A DNA stretch of 62,872 nt, filler included, from Stramenopiles sp. TOSAG23-3 (GCA_900128585.1; 4 parts of 4 records of this genome joined end to end with filler, not necessarily neighbours in it); one strand, 5' to 3'; shown: positions 44,851-58,620, counted from the first letter of the whole stretch. Made by a program: numbers and translations. The notes: generated by a model not told the origin, from the letters alone.

Positions 44851-47800
44851 TTAACCCCAAGTTCGTGTTCCTAGTACATTTGTTGCAACATTAATTTTAT
44901 TCATGATAGCATCTAATGATTGAATCAATGTTTCTTCCAGCGTAATGAATGTACTTGTTACCATTTTATCTGTGTACCCAATTGAGATATCAAATTCATT
45001 TTTACATTTTACATTAAAAGTATCCAATTTTGTAATGACCTTTTCAACATTTAAATTTTTTATATTGCAAGTTTGTATTGCATTCTGAAAAATTTTGGAG
45101 ACTAAATGTACCAATTCATCATCTTTAATTGGAAAATCATCAACGATTTTTTTCCTCTTTTTTTGCATAGGCGAAGTAAAATTAATGTCATTATCATTTT
45201 CCATGTATTTTGTTAACCATTTACGTAATGATTGATTCATATCATTCATGATATTGTTGAGAAGCTTATTGCATTCATTCTGAAATTCGATTTTTATTCT
45301 ATCCACAATTTTGTCAATTCCAGTTTTGATATGATCATTAACTTTCGTTTTGATTTTATTTCGTGTCGTTTTCATAACAATAGCACAAATGTTCTTAATA
45401 TCATTTTCAATACTTATCTTTCCTTTTGTGTAAATTACAGAATCTGTCAATGACACCTTTGTTAATTCTTTTTTACCTTCGTCTAAAATTTCTTTTTCTA
45501 AACTCTGTGCTAATTTTAAGCTTGATTTATCTATATCTTTTACTATTCTAAGCATCAAATTTTTTATTCCATTAGCAGCATTATATATTATCGATTTAAC
45601 AATATACTTGCACTCATTTTCAATATCTGCTTGGATTTTCTTTCGTGTTTCGCCTGCAGCATCACCTTCTTCAATACTTATTAGTTTGTTGACAATAGTT
45701 TTAAAGTTCTCTTCCTCTTTCATAACTATAGTTTGAATTTCCTTACTCCAACTTTGGATCACTTCAACTACAGCACCTATTTCATTGCTACAGTCATCTA
45801 TAAACGTATTGTATACCTTCATGACTTTTCTTTTTAAGTCCGACGCAACTTTACCTAATGTTTCAGCTATTTCGTCATTTAAATCAACAACTTTCCCGCT
45901 AAATGCAGTTTCTTCAACAGATATATCCATACCCCAACGATGTAAAATATCGATAACAGTGCCTATAACATTTGCATCTTTTTTTTGGTTCCATTGACCG
46001 TCAATATAACCCCATAAAGCAGCCAATAAAGCTGCAAGTGATGATGTATTAATTGGCAAATCTTTAAATGCAGTTTCTTCATAATCCAGTGGTACAAATA
46101 GGTCATAAATTGTACGGAAAAAAATATAAATTCCGATCAAGATTCCCATTTCTACTACCACTCCAAAAAAATTGACTGTGGAACGTTTATAATAATTATT
46201 GACTGCATTTGTTTTAATTTTTTCCTTCATTGATTGCATAGTTGATTTAAAGCCATAAAAGTCTAAAGTTAAATGCTCATTACCACTGCTGTTTTCTAAT
46301 TCCTCGCTATCGTTATCTACATCATTATCATCATATTCATATTCATGTCTTCTATCTTTCGCATCCTTCAATTTTTCTTTGTCACTTTGAATTTTTAAAT
46401 TTGTAGATTTTGTTTTCTGCTTCTTTTTGCTGTATTTGTTACCAACTGGTTTACGAATCATCATATGTCTTTTTAACCGTATTTTAGCATACTCCTGAAA
46501 GAGCTCAATAGCCTTTACATCCGAAATTGAATATAAAGCAACTTCCTTTGATTTTAGTAATCTAATGAATTCATTAATGTCTAACACATGATCGGAATCC
46601 TTATCAAATGCACAAAATATTTCTAATAATTTTGTGCTGGAAAAATCCTTTGCCTGAAAGTATTCTTCAACACATTTTTCAATGGTTTTAGTTACATCGC
46701 CAGTATGTACGAAGTATCTAGATCTCCATCTGTAAATTAGAAGGGCAATTGTGCCTATTGAAGTAATAATAGGGATCGCATTCACTGGCTTTAAACACAT
46801 TCCACAGATTAGCCAAAATAAAGGCGTTCCAACTAGGAACCCCAGATACCCCAAAATTAATGAGCACAAAACTTTTACGATATTTGATCTTATGCGAACC
46901 ACGATATATCTTGATGCAAGCGACCATTCAACTGCACCAACAGACAAAAAGAATTGAACATATAGAACACCATACAATAATAAAAATTGCAGGTCCTCAT
47001 CCATATGGGCATCAACAGCAACATTTTTTATTTGATATAACAAATGATATTGAACTAATATTGGGAACGAAAACAATATGACCAAATAAAGTGGCACAAG
47101 TACAAAAAGTTCATACCAAAACAAAGTTTCATCAGGTCTATCATCAAGTTTTTTTTGTTGGAGCAGAAATACATGTTCACCGGTTGTTTTAAACGATGGT
47201 TCTGCATGGTAAAGATTTTTATACACTGTTCTACAATTATGCGAACGACATAATATAGTGTTTATCGGAAACCCACTTTGTTCCTTGGTGTATGATAACT
47301 GTTTCATTACTTCGGTGTACGGTCTTTCGTAATGTAACATTGAAAGGCTAAGATGCAAACTGTATAACTCATAGATATTTACAAGTTCTTCCCATGTTGT
47401 GGAAAACCGGAAAGGCTTTTCTTTAAGTGCATTAACAGATTCATTTCCTGCTGGAGCTGTATCATTTTTATCAGAAGCCTCAACAGCAGTATTTCTTATA
47501 TATCGATAGGTCCACTTTATAATATCTTTCCTTTCTTCGTCTCCTGCAGTATTTTGTTCTTCATCATCATCTGATCCATTATTATTTTGTGCATCTTCAT
47601 AGCAACATAATAAATGAAATAAAACATTTGTTAAAAATTCTGTTTCTATGCTTTTTCTTTTCAAAGAATTGTGATCTCTTTTATTTTTCTCTATTTTTGT
47701 CCGCAAAACAGTGAGAAATTGAAGAATATTATCCGTATACTTAGTTGTATTTGTTTCAAATATGGGTTTTAAATAAGAGCTTTCTTCGGGATTTTGAAAA

Positions 47801-50800
47801 CTTAAAAGCAACTCTTGCTATATATTGAAATGTACATATATATATTATATATTATATATAATATTATATATAATAAGATGTGTTAGAGGGCAAATAATTG
47901 AATATGTTAATACGTAGTTACTAACTTACAAATTTAAGAATTTTATCTAAGCAATTTGCTCTTTTTGCAATGACAGTAAGACCATGTAATTGCGAAATAG
48001 ACATTATTCCGCATTTATTCTCTGTTGGAGAAAAATGTTTCATTACATGACATCCTTTAAATAGCCCATATCTATGATACTTATCTCCGCGTACTCCTAA
48101 AACGATATGCTCCTCCAACTTAGAATATTTCCTTATCGCTTCATTGATTACACCCGTTTTCATGTCTTCATCACCAAACATTATCAATCTCAACATTATG
48201 AAGAATTTAGGAATATCAATAATATACGGAAAACCTCCGCCAAAACACTGTTGTATACTATTTAGTAAAGTTAGATTGGTCTTTCGTTTCCTAATACTGC
48301 ACCCACTTATAACCAGTTGTGCCGCAAGTATATGTGATATGTCATAGTGCTGGGTGATTAAATCAAACACATCATTTCCATACTCGGTCCAATAAAGCTT
48401 ATAATATTTACGAAAAAATATACAGAATTGAATTGGAAAAATATAGTTTAAAAACATTAACACAAAGAGCAATCGACGACCAATCATAACGGGAATAAGA
48501 AACAAACCTATGAACGAACACATACAAACTATGATACTAACCTCGACAAGGAGGATAAAATTGATAGCCTTGCGCTTTCCAAAAAAGCTAATATGAATAC
48601 CGTTTATTATAACTGCTGGTAAAACCAAAATTAGCATAATTGTACAATCCCAGACAGTATAATCACACGCCATTCGGTTATATGTACGTATATCCCGCCA
48701 TTGTGTGCCATTCAATGAACAGAACATACTAATTGAGGCGATTTCCCAATCATACCGCGCAGTTTTAAATTCACTTTCTGGTGGTACCTCACCAATTATA
48801 TGATAATATATGTTTTCATACAAAATTAAACCAAGAACCATAATAAATAAAGTGCCAATACTCAAGTAAGCATAATTTTGAATCATATATTCTGGGTTAC
48901 CTATAGACATTGCAAACGATTTAGCCACTTTCACAGGATATGTCATTAAAATGCTTCTTGTTGGCTGGCCAATTTTATAATTTCGATGTATTTTGAAATA
49001 TCGTAAGGAATCTTCGTATTTATTATTCCGTATATCTATGTCATGCTCTTTTCTCTCATTTTTCGTTTTTAAAATCCCTTTCTTCTTCTTATCTGATCGA
49101 GACTTAATTTCAACGACTTTTTCTGTGTCGTCATCATCATCATCATCCGTACTACCATCATCACCACCGGTTGCCTCTTCAGCTTTTTGTATCTTCGCAA
49201 GATGTCTATAATCGATGTCCCCATTGTCATCTGCTTCCGCAGCTTCCAGCATTTTAGAAATCAAACTATTGTTGATAGAATATGATCTTTGAAGTGGTGT
49301 GTGGTTAGCGTTGTTTTTTACATGTAGCCAGTCGCGTTTCAATAGCACCTTTACAGCATCATGCCTGCCGTATCTAACCGCACAATGTAATGGGGTATCT
49401 CCTTGGTGATCTACAACAATGTTCTTTTTTCCAGACAGATTTGTTTTCAAAGAAGGCTTCTTCGGTTTTTTTTCCGCTACTTTTTCCAATGGCAACTGCA
49501 TTAACCGTATTATTGTTCCAGTTGAAGCCCCATACATGATAGCGTGAAAAATCGGATGACTTTGATCATTAATTAATTCATTCCAATCTTCTGTGTCTGT
49601 CTTGTTATACACATTATTAATATCGTCTGGACTTGTCGCCTCCCATTCAATATTATTTACACTTAGGAATGATTTTATACCTTTGTGGCGATCGGTGATG
49701 TTAGAAACGTTCTCCATTGCCTTAATTATTTCCTCACCCATTAAATTTAAATTAGCTAAATCTTGCGGCAAACGACAATTTGCATCTTCGGAAGATGTAA
49801 TTTTATGCATACCACCCTTATCATGCTTTTCCATGAAATACACTAGTACATCTTTTCGACAATAACTACATGCAAAATGAAATGGTGTTGCGCCATAATC
49901 ATTTTTTGTCTCTAACGCCGTAGGGTATAGATTATAAAGAGCTATTATTGTGTCATTTGGGGCATTTGATTTAATTGCTATATGGAGAGGGAAATTTCCT
50001 TCCTTGTCACAGCATTTTATTTCCTCAATAATTCCTGGAAATTCGGGCTTATGGGATATTAATCTCATTACATCTTCCACCTTCGTGAATATCCACGGTG
50101 TGCCAGTTTCGTGTAAATAGGACACCCCACGATATGTATCTTGCCACTGAAATTCCATGTGATTAGGATTTTTAGCTTTAAACAACTCTTGGATTTTAAT
50201 AATATTTTCGCATCGTATAATTTCGTCCCATTGCCATTTGTATGTTACGTAATATACAAAAAATGCTAAAAAGACACCTAAAAAAAGAGAACTTGAGAAA
50301 GCAATTCTTTCAATGTATTCATTTTGTCTGATCAACTTAGCACCTATACTAACATCAGTTCTATTAAACTTGGTTGAGACTTTTCTCGCTTTCCACACGC
50401 CATTGTATACATGAAATTCATATTTATCACGAACGATGCAATTGTATAAGACAGAAGGCAAGCCTAAATCACACAAATATTGATTTGGTAATAGACGATG
50501 ATAAAAAAACTCTGTACTTCTTATCATACTTCTAGCATCTGCAATTTCATTTTCATTTGGTTTCAACAAGAGCTGTATTAATTCAACTGCAATGGTAATT
50601 AACAATTCAGCCTCATTTTGCTTTGGACATATATCGTCCTTCAATTTGAGGGTAAATTGTCTTACATTTGGCTTAATAATACCTAAACTCATCAATGCTA
50701 TATAACGATAATCAATTAATTGAAACGCTTTATTTTTTGTCCACACAAAAAAACCACGACCGCTGTCTCTTAAACCTTTGATGCGTACTACGACAGTGTC

Positions 50801-52990
50801 AATATTTTCGTAAACGTTTTCAAGCTTATCTGTTTGATTCAGATCTGTATTGTATGCTTTCCATATGTACGTGTAAAAAAATGTAGAAACGTCCATTTTA
50901 TTATCTTCGTCAAGTACGTTTGCATGATTTATAGTTGAATCAAACATGCTGTGTTCTATCGCGTGATTAAAAGACTGTGCATTTAACAAAGCGTATGAAG
51001 AATATTTGTGGCTTCGAAAGTTATCCAATGAATTTTGTTTCAAATAATCCGGTATTCGTGATTTGAATCTAGTGTTAATATTTTCGTCTACTTCGCGTTT
51101 AAACTTGTATATGTTAACATCGTAGAAATCATCTGAACCAATGAGTATAACACTTTTGTACAAATTTTTGACGAAAATTGATGTATCGTTATTACTATCT
51201 TGTATCCCACTATACTTGTACCTGTTTAAATTAATATCATTTATAACTTTATCAAAAAAATATATGTCGATAATAGAGTTATTATCACTATTTCCAAAGT
51301 AGTTATTTGTTGAGGCATTTACTTGTTCACTGATCATACCATCATTAAAACAGACAGTAGATTTATTACTAAGAACAACTAAACGACCTTTCTTCATATT
51401 TAAAAATATGTTACTGCTTGTTGCATCTGATTTTATTGTCATATTATTTACCATTGTGTTCACAACTTTGATATCCCCACCGTTTTGGTTTACGTTTATT
51501 AAAATCTTTTCTGCCATAACATCTTCTATGTGAATTTTTGGATTGCCGCTAATGTAGATTTCCTTCATTCTATGGGGGCTTTGCAATAAATATTGTTTTG
51601 ATTTACATATACAAAACGTATTTGCGTGGCGATATGTAAAAGATATATCTGTATCATACGCGATAAATTCTTTACAAGGTGTACTTTTATTGCTTGTGCT
51701 TTTATATGTGTTGAAAAAATATTTGTAGTTGTAATAAATCTTACCAGAATCATAAACTGCTTTATGAGTGTAGTCCATACCCTCACGCGTCATTGGGGCT
51801 TTTGGTTTAAGCTTGGTTGACTTAAAGGTTTTTTTCAACTGATACAAGCAACCATAAGGCTTCCTTTCATCATGAATTGTATAGACTTTATGTATAGAAT
51901 TGCCGAAGAACTTCGCACATTCTTCTGGATCTGTTATAAATTTATCTCCATTTTCTTCTCCCATCTCACATTTGGAATAATTGGAATTAAACCAAAACGA
52001 ATTCCAATGTGAGCCCCAACTATGAAAATGGGACTTTGGTTCATATATTTCAACACTTTTCGAATGTGATGATAAAGAAGTTACGTTTAATAGCCCAACC
52101 ATTTCGTACGGAATCATGAATGTTGCTAAACATTCATATGACTCAGGAAATCCATGTGATGCCATGCGTTTGTAAAGTTTATTTGTAGTAATATGAATAT
52201 TGCACGAAGTTTCAGAACACGTAAATTTTGAAATTGTAACCAATCCTTCTTTATTGTTATTCGTTTGTCGTAAATATTTCCAAATATCTAAATCTGCATC
52301 TTGGTTTACTGTGTTATGAAAGCCTTGAGTTATATTTAACGTCGGCCCTGCAAACGTTTTTTTCCATGCTCTGGGCTTCGTAAAATGATATGGGTATTCT
52401 CCTGGAACACTATGATAGGTTGGATACACTTGTAAATTACATTGTTCAATCAAAATATTAAATGACGTCACGTTAGACGTACAATAGCCGTTCAATTTAT
52501 CATTAGCCCAAACTACTTCGTCTTTTAATACACACTGATTTGTCCACCAACAATCGCCACTGCACTCATCTTCTCCTGCAGAGCACAAACGACACTCAGA
52601 GCACAAGTCACACGAGCTAGCAATGTCGCCATTAGGACAATTTACGCTACCCAATACCTTGATTATTTTAGAAATTGGTTCAAAATTTATGAAAAAGCGA
52701 GGTCTATTTGGAAACACTGGTAAAAGAACATAGAAGTACAAAACGTAAAATAGTAAATTTAGAAGCAATATTTGTAACACTGTTTTCACTATTGACCAAA
52801 AATCACAATTAAATCTTGTTTTACAGGGTAACAGGGTTTCCAACCGAAAAATTTTATAGTTTATCTGTTGTATTATTGCAACTTCTTTGTCTACTTTCAC
52901 GGCATTGTTCTCTTTTTGTTCATCGTGTTTCACGTTGTTCTCTTTTTGTTCATCGTGTTTCAAGTTTTCTTTAACCAAATAAGACGACAT
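44851..52990 (-). CDS. Giant multipass membrane protein with Cys-rich ectodomain, ankyrin repeats and EF-hand; 2 exons (52990-47930, 47817-44851; ~2675 aa)
   Basis: A 112-nt phase-0 intron (GTAAGT...CTAAC...ATATAG) joins the two track ORFs in frame. Ankyrin motifs PLHIAI, TPFHFAC, GDTPLHCAV; EF loop DKDSDHVLDINE; about a dozen hydrophobic segments. Confidence 0.82.
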
Positions 52991-53476
52991 GGCTAGAATC
53001 TATAAATGAGCTTGTGTTTATATATATGTTGTAGTTTGTATCTTGTATCTTATAATAATAAAATAAAATAAAATACTGTGAGAAGACTTTCCTTTCTCAG
53101 CATTAATTCCAGCATTTATGCATTTCTTCCTACATAATAATAAATAATAAATAATAAATATCCAGAAGAATCCAGAATCCAGAAGAAGACTGGCAGATGG
53201 CAGACAGCTGGACAGCGCGACAGCTTACAGCTTAGACAACATTTTTTGTCGATTTTTAGACCTCCTCTTCCTAATAGTTCTACTTATAGCTTATAGTAAA
53301 TAGTAAAACACAAATCCAGCTTGAATACCTGCTTTACGTGCTATTCACCTACTATTAGTAAGCTTGCGTCTTACGTCCTGCGTAAGTCTTGCTTCTTGCT
53401 GGGCTTGCCAGCTTGCCCAATATTTGCCCTTTTAATATAGTAGACACAGCAGCCACGCCACTATAACTATTAATAA

Positions 53477-53511
53477 ACCCAGTACCCAGTACCCAGTACC
53501 CAGTACCCAGT
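53477..53511. repeat. (ACCCAGT)5 heptamer array
   Basis: Same unit as 19367-19415. Confidence 0.92.
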
Positions 53512-53858
53512 ATTATAGCCCAGTATTTTAATAGTAGTACCACAGGTACTTTCAAAAAATAATAATAATGTAAATGTATTATTATTTTTGCTTACTGGCT
53601 TACCAGACTATTATACTTTATTACCTTACTGCTGGAAGTTTCCCCGTTGTTGTGCTTGTTGTTTTTTATTTTTCCAAAAAACAAAAGTTATAAGTTATTA
53701 GTTACATTTTATGATAATATGATTATACATATATATACACACATCTAATATGATTCTACGATCATATTGCCAGATTCCAACATATTCTCTTCTGCCTTTA
53801 TAATCATTCAAAATACCAATCTTTTATCCCCACTTGTTCAATTATTTAAGCTGCGAAA

Positions 53859-54122
53859 ATGGCTAGTGGAAATGAGACGATTATTGTGCCAATTGTTGCC
53901 GGTGTTGCTGCTGCCGGTATTGCTGTTGGTTCGGCTGCAGGGAGCGCATCTGGAAAGCGAATACCAAAACGGTTGCGAAAAAGCATAGTAAGCCTTGGTA
54001 AAAAAATACAAAAATCTAATACTCGGTACGAAGAGTTCAAAAGAAACAATGAAAAATTATTTTTTGTATTTAGTACCTTTAACGCCCGTGAAACGATCGG
54101 CTACTACTATACCAGGTTTTGA
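53859..54122 (+). CDS. Short hypothetical protein or gene fragment
   Basis: AAAATGG start, Ala/Gly hydrophobic stretch followed by a basic helix; GC-richer than its flanks. Confidence 0.3.
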   Translation: MASGNETIIVPIVAGVAAAGIAVGSAAGSASGKRIPKRLRKSIVSLGKKIQKSNTRYEEFKRNNEKLFFVFSTFNARETIGYYYTRF

Positions 54123-54418
54123 GTCTCTTATCTTTCTTTTATCATAGTAGAATTACGGTTTAGAGAGAAACAGTATATATGATATCAAAATACAAACTAC
54201 AACTCAACTAACAAAAAAAGTGACAAACACGCACGATTCCATTTTCTATTTATATTTAAATAAAACAAATCTTCTTAACTTGATCTTGCATACAAAAACC
54301 GTACGTTCGTATATTTAAAATTACAACACAAAGATACAATAACACAATTTTTCATTTTTAATTTTTTTTTTGGTTTTGAGAAACGAGAAACACAAACGAC
54401 ACGAAGATATGTGGACTA

Positions 54419-55129
54419 CTATGGATTAACACGAGTACTCTTCCACACTTCTTTCTTTTCATTTTCTAATACACCATCACCTTGTTCACTTTTTAAATTA
54501 CCATCATTCTCTTCCACATCTTCCTTTTTTACAACTGCTAATTGATCGAACTGTGAATAATTATCTCTTAAGCATAAATATTTCACTTCCATTGGATATA
54601 ATAATAATAATAGAAAATTTGATGGTGGTGGTAAAACTTTATTTGTTTCAACATCTCGACCACCTTTTGGTATCTTTGAATCATCATCAACTTCTGTATA
54701 TTTTATACCAGGTGTTGTCCAATAAAATTGTTCTCTTGCAGAATCACTTAAATTACCCCATTGTTGTTTACGAGCAATTAATAAATCTTGATTTGTATTC
54801 TCTTCACCAATTGTTTCCAATTCACCAAATATACGATATTGTTCCGAAGATTTTGAAAACCACCATACCATTTCACATTTATTATTTAATTGAATATGCT
54901 TCACTTTTTCACTCCTTGAATCTGTTATCATTTTCATTGCTTCTTTCCCATTATTTAAAGGTAGCCATCCACGAAATACTACTGTTCGATTTCTTGGATT
55001 ATTATTTGCATCTACGGTAGCAATTTGTACATAATTCCCTCCACGTACTTTTCTTGATTTTCCAATTGATCGTTTAATATTTTCTTTCCATGTTTGATAA
55101 TAATTTATTTTCTTCGTTAAACTTGCCAT
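54419..55129 (-). CDS. Pyridoxamine 5'-phosphate oxidase-related FMN-binding protein (Pyridox_oxase_2/Alr4036-like)
   Basis: YVQIATVD...PRNRTVVFRG, TDSRSEK, E..WWF....EQYRI.G, W..LS..AREQF, PP.NF.L; ends in RVNP. Confidence 0.9.
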   Translation of the reverse strand: MASLTKKINYYQTWKENIKRSIGKSRKVRGGNYVQIATVDANNNPRNRTVVFRGWLPLNNGKEAMKMITDSRSEKVKHIQLNNKCEMVWWFSKSSEQYRIFGELETIGEENTNQDLLIARKQQWGNLSDSAREQFYWTTPGIKYTEVDDDSKIPKGGRDVETNKVLPPPSNFLLLLLYPMEVKYLCLRDNYSQFDQLAVVKKEDVEENDGNLKSEQGDGVLENEKKEVWKSTRVNP

Positions 55130-55722
55130 TTGTTCTAAATTAATATAATTATATTATTATTATATAATTATTAATAAGATGATTTCCAATATTTACAATA
55201 AAAAATTTTTTTTTCCTCTTGTTGAATATCCGGGCTTCGTGGATATATGTATATATTTCTATTATTACAATATGTATCAATATTAATTGCAATAATAAAT
55301 TGGTTACGGTATAGATACAATACTTCATATGTTGCTTCTATTCGCATACATACACCACATTCAAGAAGACTAGTATAGTATTGTTCTAATATTGATCGAT
55401 CATCAATCAACAAATTTTTTGCACATTTTTTTTTGGGTACACAGTTGATAGGTGTGTTTTATAGTATACTATTATATTCAATATTGTGTATATGTTAAAT
55501 GGAAATATAAGTTGTACTTAATAAAAAGATCTCACGGCTTTTTTTTACATTAAAAAAAAGAAGCGAGAAAAAGTATTTTTTATATTGTTCGATTTGTTGA
55601 TTTAATAACTTGTTCAAGAAAGACCAAATTTAATTGTATATATGATTCCAATTTGGACATAATATAGAAAAAATTAGAAAAAATACAAAAATACAAAAAT
55701 AAAAACAACAGCAACATCCACG

Positions 55723-57495
55723 ATGAACCTCGCAGTCGATGGTAATAACAACATGATGCTATATTACGATGAAATATTAGCATCGTATCCTAATACAAAT
55801 ACAACAAGTGTACATGTTAATGATCATGTTCGTAAATCAACAACCATTAATAATAATAATAATAATAATAATAACAACAACAATAATCCATCATCAATAC
55901 CAGAAAAAAAATGTAAATTACCATCCTTTAAAATACAACCACCAACAACAGGTAAAGGAAAATATGTATTAGCAACAGAACCAATAACAGCAAATGAAAT
56001 TGTATACAAGGAAAGGCCAATAGTATGTTTACAAGCTTTAGAAAATAAACAAGATGTTGCTATTTGTCATTATTGTAAAAAACATGTTGGAACTATTGAA
56101 CAACAAATGAATTTATTAGCAAAACGTATATCACGTCAAGATTTTATTGATACAAATAAGACTAGTATCATATGTTGTAAACACAATTGTGGGGAAATAT
56201 ATTGTTCCACTAAATGCTTAAACGATGATATCAATACCAATGGACATATGATACAATGTACAGGGCCTATAGATGATACAGATCATCCATTATTTCATTT
56301 TAAAATACATGCAATTCAGACAAATGAAATATTTTTATTAGCTTTTCAAGTGATTTGTCAAATTATTCAAAAATATAAAACTAGTTATCGTACGATGAAG
56401 GAAAATGGTCATGATGACAACGATTTAATAATAAAACTTGCAAAGAATCATTATAAACGTTTCCATGCAAAACCATGGTGGGAAATAGTATGGCCAGAAG
56501 ATAGTTCCGATTTAAAAGAGAAAGAAGCATTAGCAACAACTGTATATAATTTATCATTGGAAAGTTTTACATTATTAAAGAAAGCTATTTTATATATAGA
56601 AAAAGAGGAAACAAAGAAGAGATACGATAAGGAGCAAGATGCAATTATTATAACGGAAAACATATTTGATTCTTTATTTAATATAGAATATTATGGTTGT
56701 ATTATTGGTATGTTTGAACAAAATAACTTAGGTGTACGAAAAACATCACCAATTGTGAAAGATTTAATACAAAAACAACAAGAAATATTGTTATCGAATG
56801 ATAATACTGATGAAGAAGAAGGATCAAATAATAATAATAATAATGACGAAGTAATAGGAAATAATAATATTGTTAATGATGATGATGACGAAGATGAAAT
56901 CATGTTGGATCCTGAAATATTTGAAACGATTGAACCAATATTAGAGGAGATTGAACAATATGGAATATGGAATGGAGAGGAGCATGAAGAAGGTGAGGAG
57001 CAAGAGGAAGACGAACAAATCGAAGGATCAGAAAACGATGATGAACGTAAAGAAGGTAACGATTCTAATACTACTACTACTGCAGATAATGGAAATACAA
57101 ACAGTAACGATAATAATAATATAGTAGATATATCAGAATTGATACCAATCATACCTGTGCCTGGAACAGAAGAGGATTTTGCAGCAAATACATTATCAAT
57201 TGGAGATTTAAAATCATATTTTCCACCATTAGATGGGACAGCACTTTTTACTATCATTTGTTGTATGAATCATTCTTGTGATCCAAATATAGTTATAGAA
57301 TGGGATGATGATCCAAATGAACCTTTAAAAGCAAATGTAAAAGCAGTTCGACCAATTGAAATTGGAGAAGAATTATCATTTTCATACATCGATTGTAATT
57401 TGCCGTATGAAGAACGTCAATTTAAATTACGTGATTATGGTTTTGTTTGCCAATGTAATAAATGTAAAGTAGAGAGTATGAGAGTAGGGGATTAA
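55723..57495 (+). CDS. SMYD5: SET and MYND domain lysine methyltransferase, SMYD5-like
   Basis: Split SET domain (GKGKYVLA; MNHSCDPN; GEELSFSYID), MYND-like CHYC...C...CGEIYCS..C...H...C, post-SET YGFVCQCNKC. Confidence 0.85.
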   Translation: MNLAVDGNNNMMLYYDEILASYPNTNTTSVHVNDHVRKSTTINNNNNNNNNNNNNPSSIPEKKCKLPSFKIQPPTTGKGKYVLATEPITANEIVYKERPIVCLQALENKQDVAICHYCKKHVGTIEQQMNLLAKRISRQDFIDTNKTSIICCKHNCGEIYCSTKCLNDDINTNGHMIQCTGPIDDTDHPLFHFKIHAIQTNEIFLLAFQVICQIIQKYKTSYRTMKENGHDDNDLIIKLAKNHYKRFHAKPWWEIVWPEDSSDLKEKEALATTVYNLSLESFTLLKKAILYIEKEETKKRYDKEQDAIIITENIFDSLFNIEYYGCIIGMFEQNNLGVRKTSPIVKDLIQKQQEILLSNDNTDEEEGSNNNNNNDEVIGNNNIVNDDDDEDEIMLDPEIFETIEPILEEIEQYGIWNGEEHEEGEEQEEDEQIEGSENDDERKEGNDSNTTTTADNGNTNSNDNNNIVDISELIPIIPVPGTEEDFAANTLSIGDLKSYFPPLDGTALFTIICCMNHSCDPNIVIEWDDDPNEPLKANVKAVRPIEIGEELSFSYIDCNLPYEERQFKLRDYGFVCQCNKCKVESMRVGD

Positions 57496-57755
57496 TTAAA
57501 AATTGATTAAACTTTTTATGTTGTGTGGTTTTTATTTTTTTCAGACTTTTCATCTTCCGACCTGAAACAATCTCTCACCAGTCTCACCTGAGAGAGGAAG
57601 TATGAAGTATGATACATCAATAATCACAATAAAGTTTATATATTAGTTTAAATTTCGTCGTAATTTAAAAAATTTATTTTAAAATATCATTCCCCCACAT
57701 TTTCCTTCAAAACTTCTCTTTTTATACATTGCTTCTTACATCCCCATTTACCATT

Positions 57756-58433
57756 TCAATCATCATCATCACCGCCATCAACATCATCTACAAAATGATC
57801 TAAATCCTCTGAATCCATGGATTGTAATGAGAGGTGCCCATAGCCACTAGTATTATTGTTGTTGTTATCAGCAACATCATAATCGACTTTCTCTCCTCTT
57901 AAAAAACGTATCAAAAATACCATTAAATATAAATAACTATTTAAAAAACCTACATACATACATGCCATAAAGAAAATTGCTAAATAATCCATTGAAGCAT
58001 CTAAATTTCTTGATATTTGTGAAGCATTGGTGACTGTAGCAAAAAGTGTACCAGCTAAAGGAGAAAAATATCCGACTTCTAAATGTCGATTACCAATACG
58101 AAAGATAACCATAACAATCCATGACGTACCCGATAGGACATGGATTTGTTTATGCAATCCATGTGAATTAGGATCATGTAGTACTAATAATAAACCGATT
58201 AAACTTGCTGCAAATCCTGCTGGTAAATTAAATGTGTTTTTTCGAACCTTAGTCCATATTGCAAGCATTCCTACAAACGGTAAAAACATTAATATGAAAT
58301 ATAATCCGATATGTTGATTATCTTGTACACTATAACCATGCCATGGCCAATGTGAACCAGGTCGACCAGCTATGGTAAAGGTAGATAATAAGAACCCACC
58401 AATAAACAAAGCTCTGTTTTCAAAATATATTAT
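57756..58433 (-). CDS. YTP1/TMEM45-like His-bearing multipass membrane protein, 5'-truncated
   Basis: Several TM segments with D.QH, L..H and IH...G motifs; runs towards the linker. Confidence 0.55.
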   Translation of the reverse strand: MIYFENRALFIGGFLLSTFTIAGRPGSHWPWHGYSVQDNQHIGLYFILMFLPFVGMLAIWTKVRKNTFNLPAGFAASLIGLLLVLHDPNSHGLHKQIHVLSGTSWIVMVIFRIGNRHLEVGYFSPLAGTLFATVTNASQISRNLDASMDYLAIFFMACMYVGFLNSYLYLMVFLIRFLRGEKVDYDVADNNNNNTSGYGHLSLQSMDSEDLDHFVDDVDGGDDDD

Positions 58434-58533
58434 NNNNNNNNNNNNNNNNNNNNNNNNNNNNNNNNNNNNNNNNNNNNTTAATTAATTAANNNNNNNNNNN
58501 NNNNNNNNNNNNNNNNNNNNNNNNNNNNNNNNN
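58434..58533. other. Artificial contig-joining linker
   Basis: N44-TTAATTAATTAA-N44. Confidence 0.98.
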
Positions 58534-58534
58534 T

Positions 58535-58590
<56 letters not shown>

Positions 58591-58620
58591 TCAATTTCTT
58601 TCAATTTCTTTCTTTCATTT
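58534..58620. repeat. (TTTC)n microsatellite at contig start
   Basis: Directly visible. Confidence 0.9.
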
